DNA of 64,000 nucleotides from an uncultured Candidatus Saccharibacteria bacterium (GCA_964618765.1 CAZUDZ010000001.1:69826-133825), one strand, 5' to 3'. Shown: positions 29,819 through 38,429, counted from the stretch's first letter. The notes: a model not told the origin generated them from the sequence alone. Numbers and translations: made by a program.

Positions 29819-30217
29819 CTAGATAAAAGATATTATTATAAAAACAAATGCCCCAATGGGTAACAGTAGCCAGAAGAGGTAGATTAAGAAGTAGAAGATC
29901 ATGCATACTAGGTAAATGGAGATTGCTATTGGTAAATAGATGATTTTCATTAATATTCCGAACACATAGCCAATTAAAGAGTAATCTCTGTGCCAAGGCA
30001 AGAAGAAATGTTTAAACAGAAGGGAGATACTAAATTGGTCGTCTATTACAACACTCAGACGGGCGAATCTTCTTAAATGCCATGCTGACATCTTAATATA
30101 CCACCATCTCAAAAAATCTTGGAATGTGAAGAAAAAGATGCTCATATATGAGTCAATTTTGATTTCGTTTAGTAATTGTTGGCCCGAACTATCTACGAGC
30201 GTATTTCGTGCTTCCAT
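29819..30217 (-). CDS. Small polytopic membrane protein, same frame as and 1 codon upstream of the Clp-like ATPase (separated by TAG)
   Basis: 132 aa. The C-terminal two thirds is hydrophobic. It ends ...IIISFI-TAG-AAT-ATG(MALDFD...). Confidence 0.4.
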   Translation of the reverse strand: MEARNTLVDSSGQQLLNEIKIDSYMSIFFFTFQDFLRWWYIKMSAWHLRRFARLSVVIDDQFSISLLFKHFFLPWHRDYSLIGYVFGILMKIIYLPIAISIYLVCMIFYFLIYLFWLLLPIGAFVFIIISFI

Positions 30218-30274
30218 TTTGGGCAGATTTTAATCTGTTGCTTAAGTTTATTTTAAACAACAACATATGTAAAG

Positions 30275-30560
30275 GGGTCAGACCCACCTCCGACCCTTGT
30301 TCTTGTAATCCCTCTGTTTTTTGCATTTCCTTTGGATGAGGGTCAGACCCACCTCCGACCCTTGTTCTTGTAATCCCTCTGTTTTTTGCATTTCCTTTGG
30401 ATGAGGGTCAGACCCACCTCCAACCCCTGTTCTTGTAATTCCTCTGCTTTTTGCATTTCCTTTGGATAAGGGTCAGACCCACCTCCGACCCTTGTTCTTG
30501 TAATTCCTCTGCTCTTTGCATTTCCTTTGGGTGGGGGTCAGACCCGTGTCAGACCCTGAG
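30275..30560. repeat. Tandem direct repeat array of 4 complete 65-bp units plus a ~25-bp partial unit
   Basis: The unit is gggtcagacccacctccgacccttgttcttgtaatccctctgttttttgcatttcctttggatga. Copies 1 and 2 are identical. Copies 3 and 4 differ at 5-7 positions each. The terminal partial copy is gggtcagacccgtgtcagaccc. Each unit starts with the palindrome GGGTC-A-GACCC. Non-coding, since 65 is not a multiple of 3. Confidence 0.9.
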
Positions 30561-30570
30561 GTGAAGGGGT

Positions 30571-31542
30571 ATGGTAGAATTGGGTGTGAACATATATCAA
30601 AAGATAAAGGAAGAACAGGGGTATATCTCAGCTCTTGCTCCGATGGAGGGCGTGACGGATTCTGTTTTTAGGCAGATCCTTTGTGAGATTGGTAGACCTT
30701 CTCTTCTTTTCACAGAGTTTCTCAATGTGGAAGGGTTTTGTTCTAAAGGAAGAGATGAGGTGATGCATCGGTTGAAATTTGTTAAGAAAGAGAGACCCAT
30801 TGTCGTACAACTCTGGGGTAATTCTGTTCAGCAGTATATTGAAACTTGTAAATATCTCAAAACCCTACAACCAGACGGCATAGATATCAATATGGGTTGC
30901 TCTGTTAGAGATGTTCTTTCCAGTGGCAGGTGCTCTGCATTAATAAATGAGAAAGGGCTAGTTATGGATATAATAGAGGCAGTGCAAGGAGAGATAGGTG
31001 ATATCCCTCTTAGTGTTAAAACCAGGTTGGGCTATGATCAGGTTGATATCGAGGGCTGGATAGGATTTCTCTTAAAATTTAATTTAAGTCTGATTACAAT
31101 TCACGGGAGAATCTCAAAAGAGGGCTACTCTACTCCGTCTAGGTGGGAAGAGATAGGAGAATGTGCCAGATTAAGAGACGAGTTATCTACGGAAACAATG
31201 ATAATTGGTAATGGAGATGTGAAGAGTTTGGAACAAGGGGAGAGATATGTGAAGAAGTATGGTGTGGACGGTTTTATGGTAGGAAGAGGTATAATGAATA
31301 ATCCTTGGTTTTTTGCAAAGAAAGCTGAAGATGAAATAACAGAAAGGGAAAGAATAGATATTCTAATTAAGCATTTAAAGCTTTTTGAGAAGATGTGGGG
31401 CAACCAAAAACCTTTTAATACTCAGAAGAAATATATTAAAGCATATATTAAAGGCTTTAGTGGAGCTAATGAATTGAGGAAGAGATTAATGGGGGTTGAT
31501 AGTGTAGATGAAGCAGTAGGATTATTAAAAGCCATGATTTAA
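30571..31542 (+). CDS. dus: tRNA-dihydrouridine synthase (Dus family)
   Basis: The ISALAPMEGVTDSVFRQIL motif (APM[AE]GVTD). TIM-barrel FMN-enzyme layout with a catalytic Cys region (NMGCSV). Confidence 0.8.
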   Translation: MVELGVNIYQKIKEEQGYISALAPMEGVTDSVFRQILCEIGRPSLLFTEFLNVEGFCSKGRDEVMHRLKFVKKERPIVVQLWGNSVQQYIETCKYLKTLQPDGIDINMGCSVRDVLSSGRCSALINEKGLVMDIIEAVQGEIGDIPLSVKTRLGYDQVDIEGWIGFLLKFNLSLITIHGRISKEGYSTPSRWEEIGECARLRDELSTETMIIGNGDVKSLEQGERYVKKYGVDGFMVGRGIMNNPWFFAKKAEDEITERERIDILIKHLKLFEKMWGNQKPFNTQKKYIKAYIKGFSGANELRKRLMGVDSVDEAVGLLKAMI

Positions 31543-31578
31543 ACCTGTTAAGTTTATGTATATTATTAAAATAATAAT

Positions 31579-32286
31579 ATGGAAAGAATAGAACAAGCTT
31601 GGTATACTGATTCTTCTGCAGATTTATATCCTGAAGAGATGAATAGTAGATCTGTCGAAGAGGGATCAGATATTAAGGAGAAAGAATCAAATATTACCTA
31701 TCGAGCAATTCCTGTGAATTCTTTCTTAAAAGCTACAGAGGAAATACTTATGTTTGCTGATTGGAGTACTCTTTGCATGGTAGATATAGATGGAGTATTA
31801 ATTAAGGAGAAGATTACGAAATTCCCAGGAGTATGTCACTTTGTAAATCCTACTGTAGCTACTGAAGTAGAAGATTCTTTGAAGCTACTAATTTCCATCT
31901 TAGGTGAAGATGCCCTTTGTATTACTACAAATCGAAATGAGAAAGTCAAAATAGCTTGGAGTAGTAATATAATTGTGGATACGGTCCAAGATCTTTTAGA
32001 GAGGATAGGTTTCGCTAATATTAAAATGTTTACCCATCTGAACAAACAAATACCAAACACATCAAAAAGAAAGAGAAGTACTCTTGTTGCTCATTATGTC
32101 AATTATGTCAGAGAGGAAGGTATAGACAAAAGGTTAAAGCTGTGTGTGATACAGGATAGCGATATTGTTACTTTAGATAGAAGAGTTTTTCCTAAAGAGA
32201 TTGCCAAGAAGGTGCAGCAAAAGATTAAACAGGATTTAGGGAGAGATATTGGTGTGGATATTCTAGATTATGTTTTAAAAGCGTAA
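31579..32286 (+). CDS. Hypothetical protein, possibly a HAD-superfamily hydrolase
   Basis: MVDIDGVLI (DxDG motif I) and CVIQDSD (a motif IV-like acidic pair). Weak. Confidence 0.35.
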   Translation: MERIEQAWYTDSSADLYPEEMNSRSVEEGSDIKEKESNITYRAIPVNSFLKATEEILMFADWSTLCMVDIDGVLIKEKITKFPGVCHFVNPTVATEVEDSLKLLISILGEDALCITTNRNEKVKIAWSSNIIVDTVQDLLERIGFANIKMFTHLNKQIPNTSKRKRSTLVAHYVNYVREEGIDKRLKLCVIQDSDIVTLDRRVFPKEIAKKVQQKIKQDLGRDIGVDILDYVLKA

Positions 32287-32355
32287 TGGAATTAGACCTC
32301 CTGTTATTCTCCGTCTTATAGTATAATTATTTTCTCTGCTCTACATAATATTTCT

Positions 32356-33093
32356 TTGTTAAAAATGTTAGAAAATAACTGGGAAGATTATTACAATACA
32401 TATCGGGAGAAACCGCACTGTTTTACAACCCCAGTAGATGACGCCCCTGTTATATCAAAAATGTTTTCCAGGTTAAACATAGCAGTAGAAGATGCTACCT
32501 CGGCACTTTCGACTTTAGTTGTTGGAGTTGGTGGATCAAAAGCGATAAGGGAATACTCTAAATTGTTTTGGGAAGAGATTTCTTCTCAAGAGGATTTAGA
32601 TACCCTTGTCTTTTTAGATATTAGAAATTTTGATAGTGAGGATAAAGTTACCTTAGAGTCCTTTAAAGGAGAAGCTTTGTTAATACGGGCTGATGGTACA
32701 ACTCTTCCTTTTGAGGATCATTCTTTTAATCTAGTTTTAACACACTGCCTTTTTGAGTGTCTTTCGGATGAGCAGCTAAAGAAAGTAATCAGAGAGATAG
32801 ATAGGGTTACAATGAATCAAGGTCTAGGCATACATACGTTTGCAGATAGCGGTAATATAGAGAGGTTTTTCCAAAGAAGTATGAATAGATTAAATAAGAA
32901 GAGATTTGGGATTGATTTTAATTACAGAGGAGAGAAAGATATTGAAGAGTTATTAAGTAGAAATAATTTTAATTTGGTAGATAGGGGGATGGTTGGGAGT
33001 GGGTTTCGTGAATGCCAGAATCTAACAATTGGGTGTGTGAAAGGGGCTCCCAGTAGTAACAGAAAATCCATGAGAGCACCCTTTATTGTTTAA
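32356..33093 (+). CDS. Class I SAM-dependent methyltransferase
   Basis: LVVGVGGSKA (motif I, glycine-rich), FLDIRN (post-I acidic), RADGTTLPFEDHSFNLVL (motifs II/III). Confidence 0.5.
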   Translation: MLKMLENNWEDYYNTYREKPHCFTTPVDDAPVISKMFSRLNIAVEDATSALSTLVVGVGGSKAIREYSKLFWEEISSQEDLDTLVFLDIRNFDSEDKVTLESFKGEALLIRADGTTLPFEDHSFNLVLTHCLFECLSDEQLKKVIREIDRVTMNQGLGIHTFADSGNIERFFQRSMNRLNKKRFGIDFNYRGEKDIEELLSRNNFNLVDRGMVGSGFRECQNLTIGCVKGAPSSNRKSMRAPFIV

Positions 33094-33116
33094 GAGTAAT
33101 TAAACAAGGTATAATT

Positions 33117-33650
33117 ATGATTATGGAAGAATACTCTTTTTTAAAAGGAGAGAGCGAGCAAAGAGGAAGTCGTACTGTGGAAGACATTCTTTCCTCGATT
33201 TCAGTAGAGACTTGGAAAGCGGCAAATTGGCCTGTGGTTACATATTCTTCTAAGGCGTCGTTTAACAGAATGTCTGGAAATGAAGTTACTCGAGAGGATG
33301 ATAGGCAAGAATTTTGGTGCCAGATCTTTGATTCTAAGAGGTTTTTCTCTTCTAAAAGAGATAATGGGTACGATCCAAAGAAGCATTTTCTTTTTGTTCT
33401 ACATTCTTTTCGAGGGCAGGGAGGAGATACCTTATTCAAGGCCGTAACAACTTCTGAAAAGTTTTTATTTGACAATGAGGAGTACATAATAAACTATAAT
33501 CATCATGGGAGACCATGTGAGAATCGGGGGGGAGGTTCTTATCCGACTTATGATTTTTATGACGAGACTAAAAATGGCAACCTTTTGAATAGATCTCCTA
33601 TTCCAGATACAGAATGGAGAGAGAAATTTGTAAAAGAGAATTTCAATTAA
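33117..33650 (+). CDS. Hypothetical protein
   Basis: 177-aa ORF with reasonable composition. It overlaps a Cys/Ser-rich antisense ORF (33083..33487 -), which is taken to be spurious. Confidence 0.3.
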   Translation: MIMEEYSFLKGESEQRGSRTVEDILSSISVETWKAANWPVVTYSSKASFNRMSGNEVTREDDRQEFWCQIFDSKRFFSSKRDNGYDPKKHFLFVLHSFRGQGGDTLFKAVTTSEKFLFDNEEYIINYNHHGRPCENRGGGSYPTYDFYDETKNGNLLNRSPIPDTEWREKFVKENFN

Positions 33651-33734
33651 TATTAAATCTGTTTAGTATGCCATATTGCTCTTCTCTCATTATTCATATG
33701 ACAGACTTATTCTAGGATGTAGGGAATTATTTAA

Positions 33735-33995
33735 TTATCTCCTACTTACTAGTGAGAATCTTTCTACGACCGTACCGTCTTCCATCTCTTTAGTTCCCAT
33801 AAAGTCATCAAAAGTTCTAACCCATACCCTACTCTCCTTGTCAGGCTTGTAATACAGGGCTGTGTAAACTATTTTGTCCTCTAATGTCTCAGAATCTTTT
33901 CCAACAGTTAGTACTTGGTAATAATCTCCTTTAAAGTGTCTGTATACACCACCAATTACGATCGCTCTTTCATCATGTCTTTCTTTCTGAACCAT
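33735..33995 (-). CDS. DUF1653-like small protein
   Basis: MVQKERHDERAIVIGGVYRHFKGDYYQVLTVGKDSETLEDKIVYTALY...RVWVRTFDDF matches the YRHYKG...VVY.ALY...W.RP...F pattern. The start was trimmed to an internal Met because the ORF-track N-terminus is AT-rich and Ile/Leu-rich. Confidence 0.45.
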   Translation of the reverse strand: MVQKERHDERAIVIGGVYRHFKGDYYQVLTVGKDSETLEDKIVYTALYYKPDKESRVWVRTFDDFMGTKEMEDGTVVERFSLVSRR

Positions 33996-34116
33996 ATTTT
34001 TTATGTAAAAGATTAATTTGTTATTATACACGAATATATTTAACAAAAGGTGGTAACGGTTAGATAAATATATTAAAATAATCAAAGGGATTAAATTAAA
34101 TTTTTACTGTATATCT

Positions 34117-34524
34117 ATGAACTATCTTCTTTTCATAGTAGCGATCGCTGTTCTTGCATTCGGAGTCTTTAAATTAGTAAAGAGTTTTAAGCTGTCTAAG
34201 AATGGAGTTAAGATGGAGGCAGAAATTATTGAAGTAAGAAAAAAGAGACAGAGTAATACAGACAGTGATGGATATACTAGCACAACAGATATGTATTACC
34301 CTGTGTATAAATATGTATATGAAGGAGAAGAGTATAGTAAAGAATCAAATGTGGGAGTTAGTAGATCAAGGAAGTATAAGGTGGGAGATAAGATGAATAT
34401 TGTATTTATGAGTGATGATCCTCAGAAGTCAGAGGTTAAGAGTTTCTTTAGCCTATGGATTACCCCAGGAGTACTTTTGTTGGTTGGAGTCTTATTGCTA
34501 ATTTACTCCTTTACTGAATTATAG
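34117..34524 (+). CDS. DUF3592-like membrane protein (TM, beta-rich domain, TM)
   Basis: 135 aa. N-terminal TM (LLFIVAIAVLAFGVF), a central hydrophilic domain, and a C-terminal TM (ITPGVLLLVGVLLLIYSF). Confidence 0.45.
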   Translation: MNYLLFIVAIAVLAFGVFKLVKSFKLSKNGVKMEAEIIEVRKKRQSNTDSDGYTSTTDMYYPVYKYVYEGEEYSKESNVGVSRSRKYKVGDKMNIVFMSDDPQKSEVKSFFSLWITPGVLLLVGVLLLIYSFTEL

Positions 34525-34771
34525 GGATATGTAGGTGCTAGAGCTTTGTCTTTATGCTTATAGGTAGGACTTGCTACGATCAAGTCAGTTTGTCCAGAAT
34601 ATCTGGTCTCCATTTTTTAACTATCTTGTTCGTTTTATCTCTTCCGTACTTATCCATCATTTTCTTCACATCTCTTATTTCATCCTCATCTATATTAATG
34701 ACAGATATTGGTATGGTAGAGGTAGGAGAGATTCAATTAGACCTTCTCCTCTTCTTAATTGTGTTATTCAC

Positions 34772-34984
34772 TCATAATTCAGGATCTATTCCCGTTTTAT
34801 TACAGAATGCAAATATGAGAGTTAATAAGTCCCCTATTTCTTCTGGGATAGGATCTGTATCACCAACATTCTTTTGATATCCTGGGTGCTCTACTAGGAA
34901 TCTTGCACATACTTCTCCTAACTCTTCTTGCATAACAAGTAGTAGTAATTCAGGTTGTGTGCCCCAACCTTTATCTTCATACAT
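34772..34984 (-). CDS. MazG-like nucleoside triphosphate pyrophosphohydrolase domain protein (possibly C-terminally truncated at a TGA)
   Basis: 70 aa. LLVMQEELGEVCARFL...PEEIGDLLTLIFAFCNKTGIDPEL matches the MazG EEx2E...E.[GA]D motifs. The same frame continues after TGA as VNNTIKKRRRSN*. Confidence 0.45.
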   Translation of the reverse strand: MYEDKGWGTQPELLLLVMQEELGEVCARFLVEHPGYQKNVGDTDPIPEEIGDLLTLIFAFCNKTGIDPEL

Positions 34985-35137
34985 CTCCTTGACCTTTTTC
35001 TATAATTCTTGCATTAAAATAAAGAAAAGATATTAATACATAATTATAGCTTAAACTAGATAGATGTTGGTAGATGACATTAAAGAGCACGAGACTTAGG
35101 GACCCATTCTGTACAATAGTAATGATATAATTCCTCT

Positions 35138-35980
35138 GTGGTAGATATTAAATATACTCAAAACCTGTATACAAATGAAGAAAATCTTAAAAGGACTGTA
35201 CAGTCGATTGCTTTTGGTGATGAGGACATTGTTATTGATATAGGGGCTGGGAAAGGCATAATCACGAAGGAGTTAGTAAAATATTGTAATGAGGTATTAG
35301 CATATGAATTAGATTCCAAATATCTCAGGGTATTAGAACAACAATTTAAGAACAACCAAAGTGTTGATATAAGGAATGAAGATTTTCTTACTTCTATCCT
35401 ACCCGATAAGGAATACAAAGTATTTGCAAATATACCATTCTCTTTAACCTCTGAGATTATTAATAAACTTACAGATACAGATTCAAAACTAATAGAAGCA
35501 TATCTTTTTGTACAAAAGGAATCAGCAGGAAGGTATATGGGAAAACCAAAGAATACCCAAATAGCTGCTATTCTATTCTCAAGATATGATTTAAGTGTGA
35601 TGAAGATTTTCGATAGAAAAGATTTTAAACCGACACCAAATGTAGATATTGTTTTACTTAGAATTGTAAAAAAAGATTCTTTTGAAGAAGATTTTGAATT
35701 ATATCGTGATTTTATTACATATATCTTTAATCAAACTAATAAGTATGTTATAGCTACATTTAAAAATCTATTCACAGCAAATCAACTTAGGTATATTAAG
35801 AAATATCTCAATGAGAATAGTTATATCAAACCTTCTGAACTCTCTCCGGATTATTATTTAAAGATTTTTCAGCACTTTAAGATTAATGGTCATGGTTACA
35901 AAAAAAGAGTGTTAGGATACTACGAGAAATATCTAGAACAGCACCGCAAGAGAGAGAAGGTTAATAGGACAAGGATATAG
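35138..35980 (+). CDS. Erm-like 23S rRNA adenine N6-methyltransferase (KsgA/Erm family)
   Basis: GTG start. KYTQNLY..., IDIGAGKGIITKEL (SAM motif I), ANIPFSLTSEII (the N[IL]P[FY] catalytic motif). The C-terminal half, KPTPNVDIVLLRI...FTANQLRYIKK...IKPSELSPDYYLKIFQHF, is co-linear with Erm proteins (HPKPKVNSVLIKL...FTKNQFHQAMK...LSTVTYEQVLSIFNSY). Confidence 0.7.
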   Translation: MVDIKYTQNLYTNEENLKRTVQSIAFGDEDIVIDIGAGKGIITKELVKYCNEVLAYELDSKYLRVLEQQFKNNQSVDIRNEDFLTSILPDKEYKVFANIPFSLTSEIINKLTDTDSKLIEAYLFVQKESAGRYMGKPKNTQIAAILFSRYDLSVMKIFDRKDFKPTPNVDIVLLRIVKKDSFEEDFELYRDFITYIFNQTNKYVIATFKNLFTANQLRYIKKYLNENSYIKPSELSPDYYLKIFQHFKINGHGYKKRVLGYYEKYLEQHRKREKVNRTRI

Positions 35981-36211
35981 TAATAATGGTGGGAGATATT
36001 AAAAGGCTTGCAACTTAAAGATTATATAGCACTATATCTTAAGATGCTCTAAAATACTGTTATGAATATTGTAGAGACTGTAAAGAATCATGTAATAGAG
36101 AGATATAATCAGAGAGGTAAGCTTGAAAGTAGTTTTAATAAAATGATTCCCCAAGCACAGAAGATAGTTAGGGACGGGTATCTTGTTGCAATGAAGATTC
36201 TCGAAGAGTAA

Positions 36212-36245
36212 TGGTGAGCAATACAGAAAGGTATGGACTTAAAAA
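36212..36245. repeat. Intergenic repeat copy A (tggtgagcaatacagaaaggtatggacttaaaaa)
   Basis: Shares about 33 nt with copy B and the ggaacttaaaa core with copy C. Lies just beyond the stop of the S41 peptidase gene. Confidence 0.5.
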
Positions 36246-36256
36246 CCGTATTATTT

Positions 36257-37378
36257 TTATGTACTTTTTCTAATCCATTCGTTAAGGGGATCCGTTTCAT
36301 TCTTGTAATCTTCTATGGTAACGGGGATTTTAATTTCAGGTTCAATAACATCAATGTTTTGTCCAGGAAGTAATTCAAAATACTTATATGAGCAATGAAC
36401 TCTTATATGTGAGTTAGGAAGTGTAATCAATTTGTGGTCTCCAAACCTGTTCGGTTTCTGCCCAGCATTTTCACCTACTAAGATAGCATTCTTATTCTGC
36501 TTTAAATAAAGAAGGTGATGTATTGCTGAAGAGAAGGTTTGTCTGCCCATTGCAACATAGATCTTTTTGTCTTCTGGAAATCTTGCAAATAGATCCCCCA
36601 TTATTTTTGTATTTCCACCACCATTTTGTCGTAGGTCAACAACGATAGCATCAGATTCTTTTGCTAACTTTAATAGTTGTTTCTTGAAGTCATCTAATTC
36701 TTGTTTCGTATGACCTTCATTTGTACAGCTATTGTATTGGAATAACAATGTATTTCCAACAACTCTTAAACGATAGTCTATATTCCCAACAAATGTATTG
36801 TTATTTAGCTCTTCTTCCCTCCATCTCAACGGATTCTTTGTCTTAATTTTTCCCCCCTCTTGTTCTGCCATTACAGTCTCTGTAGCATCGGTTGTTATTT
36901 CTGTTGTATTGCCTTTGTTAAAGCCGAAATACCCTAGAACCAAAGGAGATGTCAAAAACATAGGTACCTCTTTCAACATGACTTCTCTATTCTCTTTTGA
37001 GGACAGTCTGGAAACCTCTGCCATGACTTTGTCAACTGTATATCCGTTAATTTTTTGAATCTTTTGCCCAATTAAAGATACTTGTTCTTCGGGTGCCCCT
37101 ATTATATAAATATCATGTTGATTCTCTTTGCATGCTAATAAGGGTGGTTTACTGTTTAATATTCCAGGAACATATGTATGGGCATCTCCTATAAGTGCCA
37201 TAGCTTCTTGGAGTGCTATTTTGAAATATTCGGGTTCCACTTCGGTAGCTTTATCTAAAGCTCCTGTGAGTGTTGTTTTAGGAACATTTCTGTAAAGATC
37301 AAAGTGTTTTTCTTCTAGCTCTGTCTGCAAAAATCGGACATCTTCTTCTACTGGGATTAGTTCTCTCTCGGATTCCAT
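36257..37378 (-). CDS. S41-family peptidase (C-terminal processing / tail-specific protease-like)
   Basis: 373 aa. AIVVDLRQNGGGN is the S41 DxRxNxGG motif. Catalytic Ser/Lys region ...GRQTFSSAIHHLLYLKQ. Confidence 0.7.
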   Translation of the reverse strand: MESERELIPVEEDVRFLQTELEEKHFDLYRNVPKTTLTGALDKATEVEPEYFKIALQEAMALIGDAHTYVPGILNSKPPLLACKENQHDIYIIGAPEEQVSLIGQKIQKINGYTVDKVMAEVSRLSSKENREVMLKEVPMFLTSPLVLGYFGFNKGNTTEITTDATETVMAEQEGGKIKTKNPLRWREEELNNNTFVGNIDYRLRVVGNTLLFQYNSCTNEGHTKQELDDFKKQLLKLAKESDAIVVDLRQNGGGNTKIMGDLFARFPEDKKIYVAMGRQTFSSAIHHLLYLKQNKNAILVGENAGQKPNRFGDHKLITLPNSHIRVHCSYKYFELLPGQNIDVIEPEIKIPVTIEDYKNETDPLNEWIRKST

Positions 37379-37401
37379 ATTTAAAGATTATATCTTATTT
37401 A

Positions 37402-37452
37402 GATATGGGATGGAAAATTGGTGGACGATACAGAAAAGCTTGGAACTTAAAA
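37402..37452. repeat. Intergenic repeat copy B, immediately upstream (coding sense) of the S41 peptidase gene
   Basis: gatatgggatggaaaattggtggacgatacagaaaagcttggaacttaaaat. The exact 16-mer agcttggaacttaaaa is shared with copy C. On the coding strand a TATAAT sits 6 nt before the ATG. Confidence 0.55.
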
Positions 37453-37463
37453 TAAAACTTCCC

Positions 37464-37982
37464 TTAAGTCTGTTTCTTAATTAAACTCCTATCTCTAAAC
37501 TCTATTTCAACAAGATTAGTAAACTTTGTTTTAAAAAATCTACCTTCAGGATATTCTGCAGATTTACTTATATACTCCTTTGGAATATCTTCAAAAGTTT
37601 TTTCGTAATCCTTACTAATTATTGATATATGTTCTACTCCTAATTTAAGATTTGAAATATCTGTATCAGGTTTAGGTTCAAAGATTTCTATACCATTCAG
37701 ACTAATACCGTTTGATAAAAACTGATCTTTGAAGGAAAATATTGATACTTTTCTACTGTGTAAGTCATTTGTAAAATTGTGTGTCATATATGAAGATAGA
37801 TGTTCATAATACTTAGTATATTCATCAGCCGACGATGTCTGAATGCCTAAGTGATCACCTTCAAACGGATCTTTTTTTAGATCTATGCCTAATATAGATC
37901 TAGAGTAATTAATTATTAGAGGGAAATATAGATTACAGTATTCTTCTAACTCTCGTAGGTTTCCTAAATAATATTTATCCAT
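37464..37982 (-). CDS. Hypothetical protein (weak VOC/glyoxalase-like features)
   Basis: 172 aa. FEGDHLGIQTS and KLGVEHISIISKD are reminiscent of VOC metal-ligand His/Glu positions. Weak. Confidence 0.4.
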   Translation of the reverse strand: MDKYYLGNLRELEEYCNLYFPLIINYSRSILGIDLKKDPFEGDHLGIQTSSADEYTKYYEHLSSYMTHNFTNDLHSRKVSIFSFKDQFLSNGISLNGIEIFEPKPDTDISNLKLGVEHISIISKDYEKTFEDIPKEYISKSAEYPEGRFFKTKFTNLVEIEFRDRSLIKKQT

Positions 37983-37999
37983 ATGAGATTATACTGTAG

Positions 38000-38050
38000 T
38001 TATATGGGCTTGGAAATGGTGGGATGTGTTGGATAGCTTGGAACTTAAAA
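38000..38050. repeat. Intergenic repeat copy C, immediately upstream (coding sense) of the 37464..37982 gene
   Basis: ttatatgggcttggaaatggtgggatgtgttggatagcttggaacttaaaa. On the coding strand a TATAAT sits 5 nt before the ATG. Confidence 0.55.
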
Positions 38051-38053
38051 ACT

Positions 38054-38401
38054 CTATCTGCTTAATTCTATCTCTATAGCTACTACACCATAATGGTCTT
38101 GATCTTCTTTTGGGTAATATTTAGACATATCTTCAGAACATTTCTTCGGAGAATCTTCACTCTCCCAACCAGCTAGTACCGGATCAAACATTGTGAATAA
38201 TTCTTCAAAGCTATCTGCAAGTAAAAGATTTAACACTTTGGCTTTTAACTTGTTCTTTAATAAAGGTAGTTCCAAGAACTCTATTTTATCTCCAATCTTG
38301 AGATCTTTTCTCTTCTCATCATAAAGCCTAATCTCATAAGTTTTTACTTTATTAGAAATTTGCTCAAAGGCCCAAGGGTTTAATTTCATTTGGTGAGTCA
38401 T
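38054..38401 (-). CDS. ASCH-domain protein
   Basis: 115 aa. MKLNPWAFEQISNKVKTYEIRLYD fits the ASCH N-terminal beta-barrel pattern (...P.F..I..G.KT.E.R). Confidence 0.55.
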   Translation of the reverse strand: MTHQMKLNPWAFEQISNKVKTYEIRLYDEKRKDLKIGDKIEFLELPLLKNKLKAKVLNLLLADSFEELFTMFDPVLAGWESEDSPKKCSEDMSKYYPKEDQDHYGVVAIEIELSR

Positions 38402-38429
38402 ATATTAAGTATACAGGAAATCTACAAGA

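Noticed and set aside
29813-29824. In-frame TAG between the 132-aa membrane ORF and the Clp-like ATPase (and the in-frame TGA after the MazG-like ORF) as evidence of stop-codon recoding / alternative genetic code
   Set aside because: Long genes throughout the window (gyrA 907 aa, PBP 1008 aa, pheT 838 aa, mutS 867 aa) are uninterrupted under the standard code, and both TAG and TAA are seen as terminal stops. A recoded genome would fragment these.
30275-30560. Considered whether the tandem 65-bp repeats are a CRISPR array
   Set aside because: There are no unique spacers. The entire 65-bp unit is repeated head-to-tail, the unit is longer than CRISPR repeats, and no cas genes are nearby.
33083-33487. 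134-aa minus-strand ORF overlapping the 33117..33650 + ORF
   Set aside because: Its Cys/Ser-rich odd composition is typical of antisense frames. The + strand ORF has more protein-like composition, though neither has strong support.
34554-34877. Plus-strand ORFs 34554..34877 and 34571..34777
   Set aside because: They are low-complexity (S/I/L-rich) and antisense to, or overlapping, the MazG-like gene.
36109-36300. 63-aa minus-strand ORF overlapping the S41 peptidase 3' end
   Set aside because: It overlaps the stop region of a well-supported gene and one of the intergenic repeats, and has no motif. It is most likely spurious.
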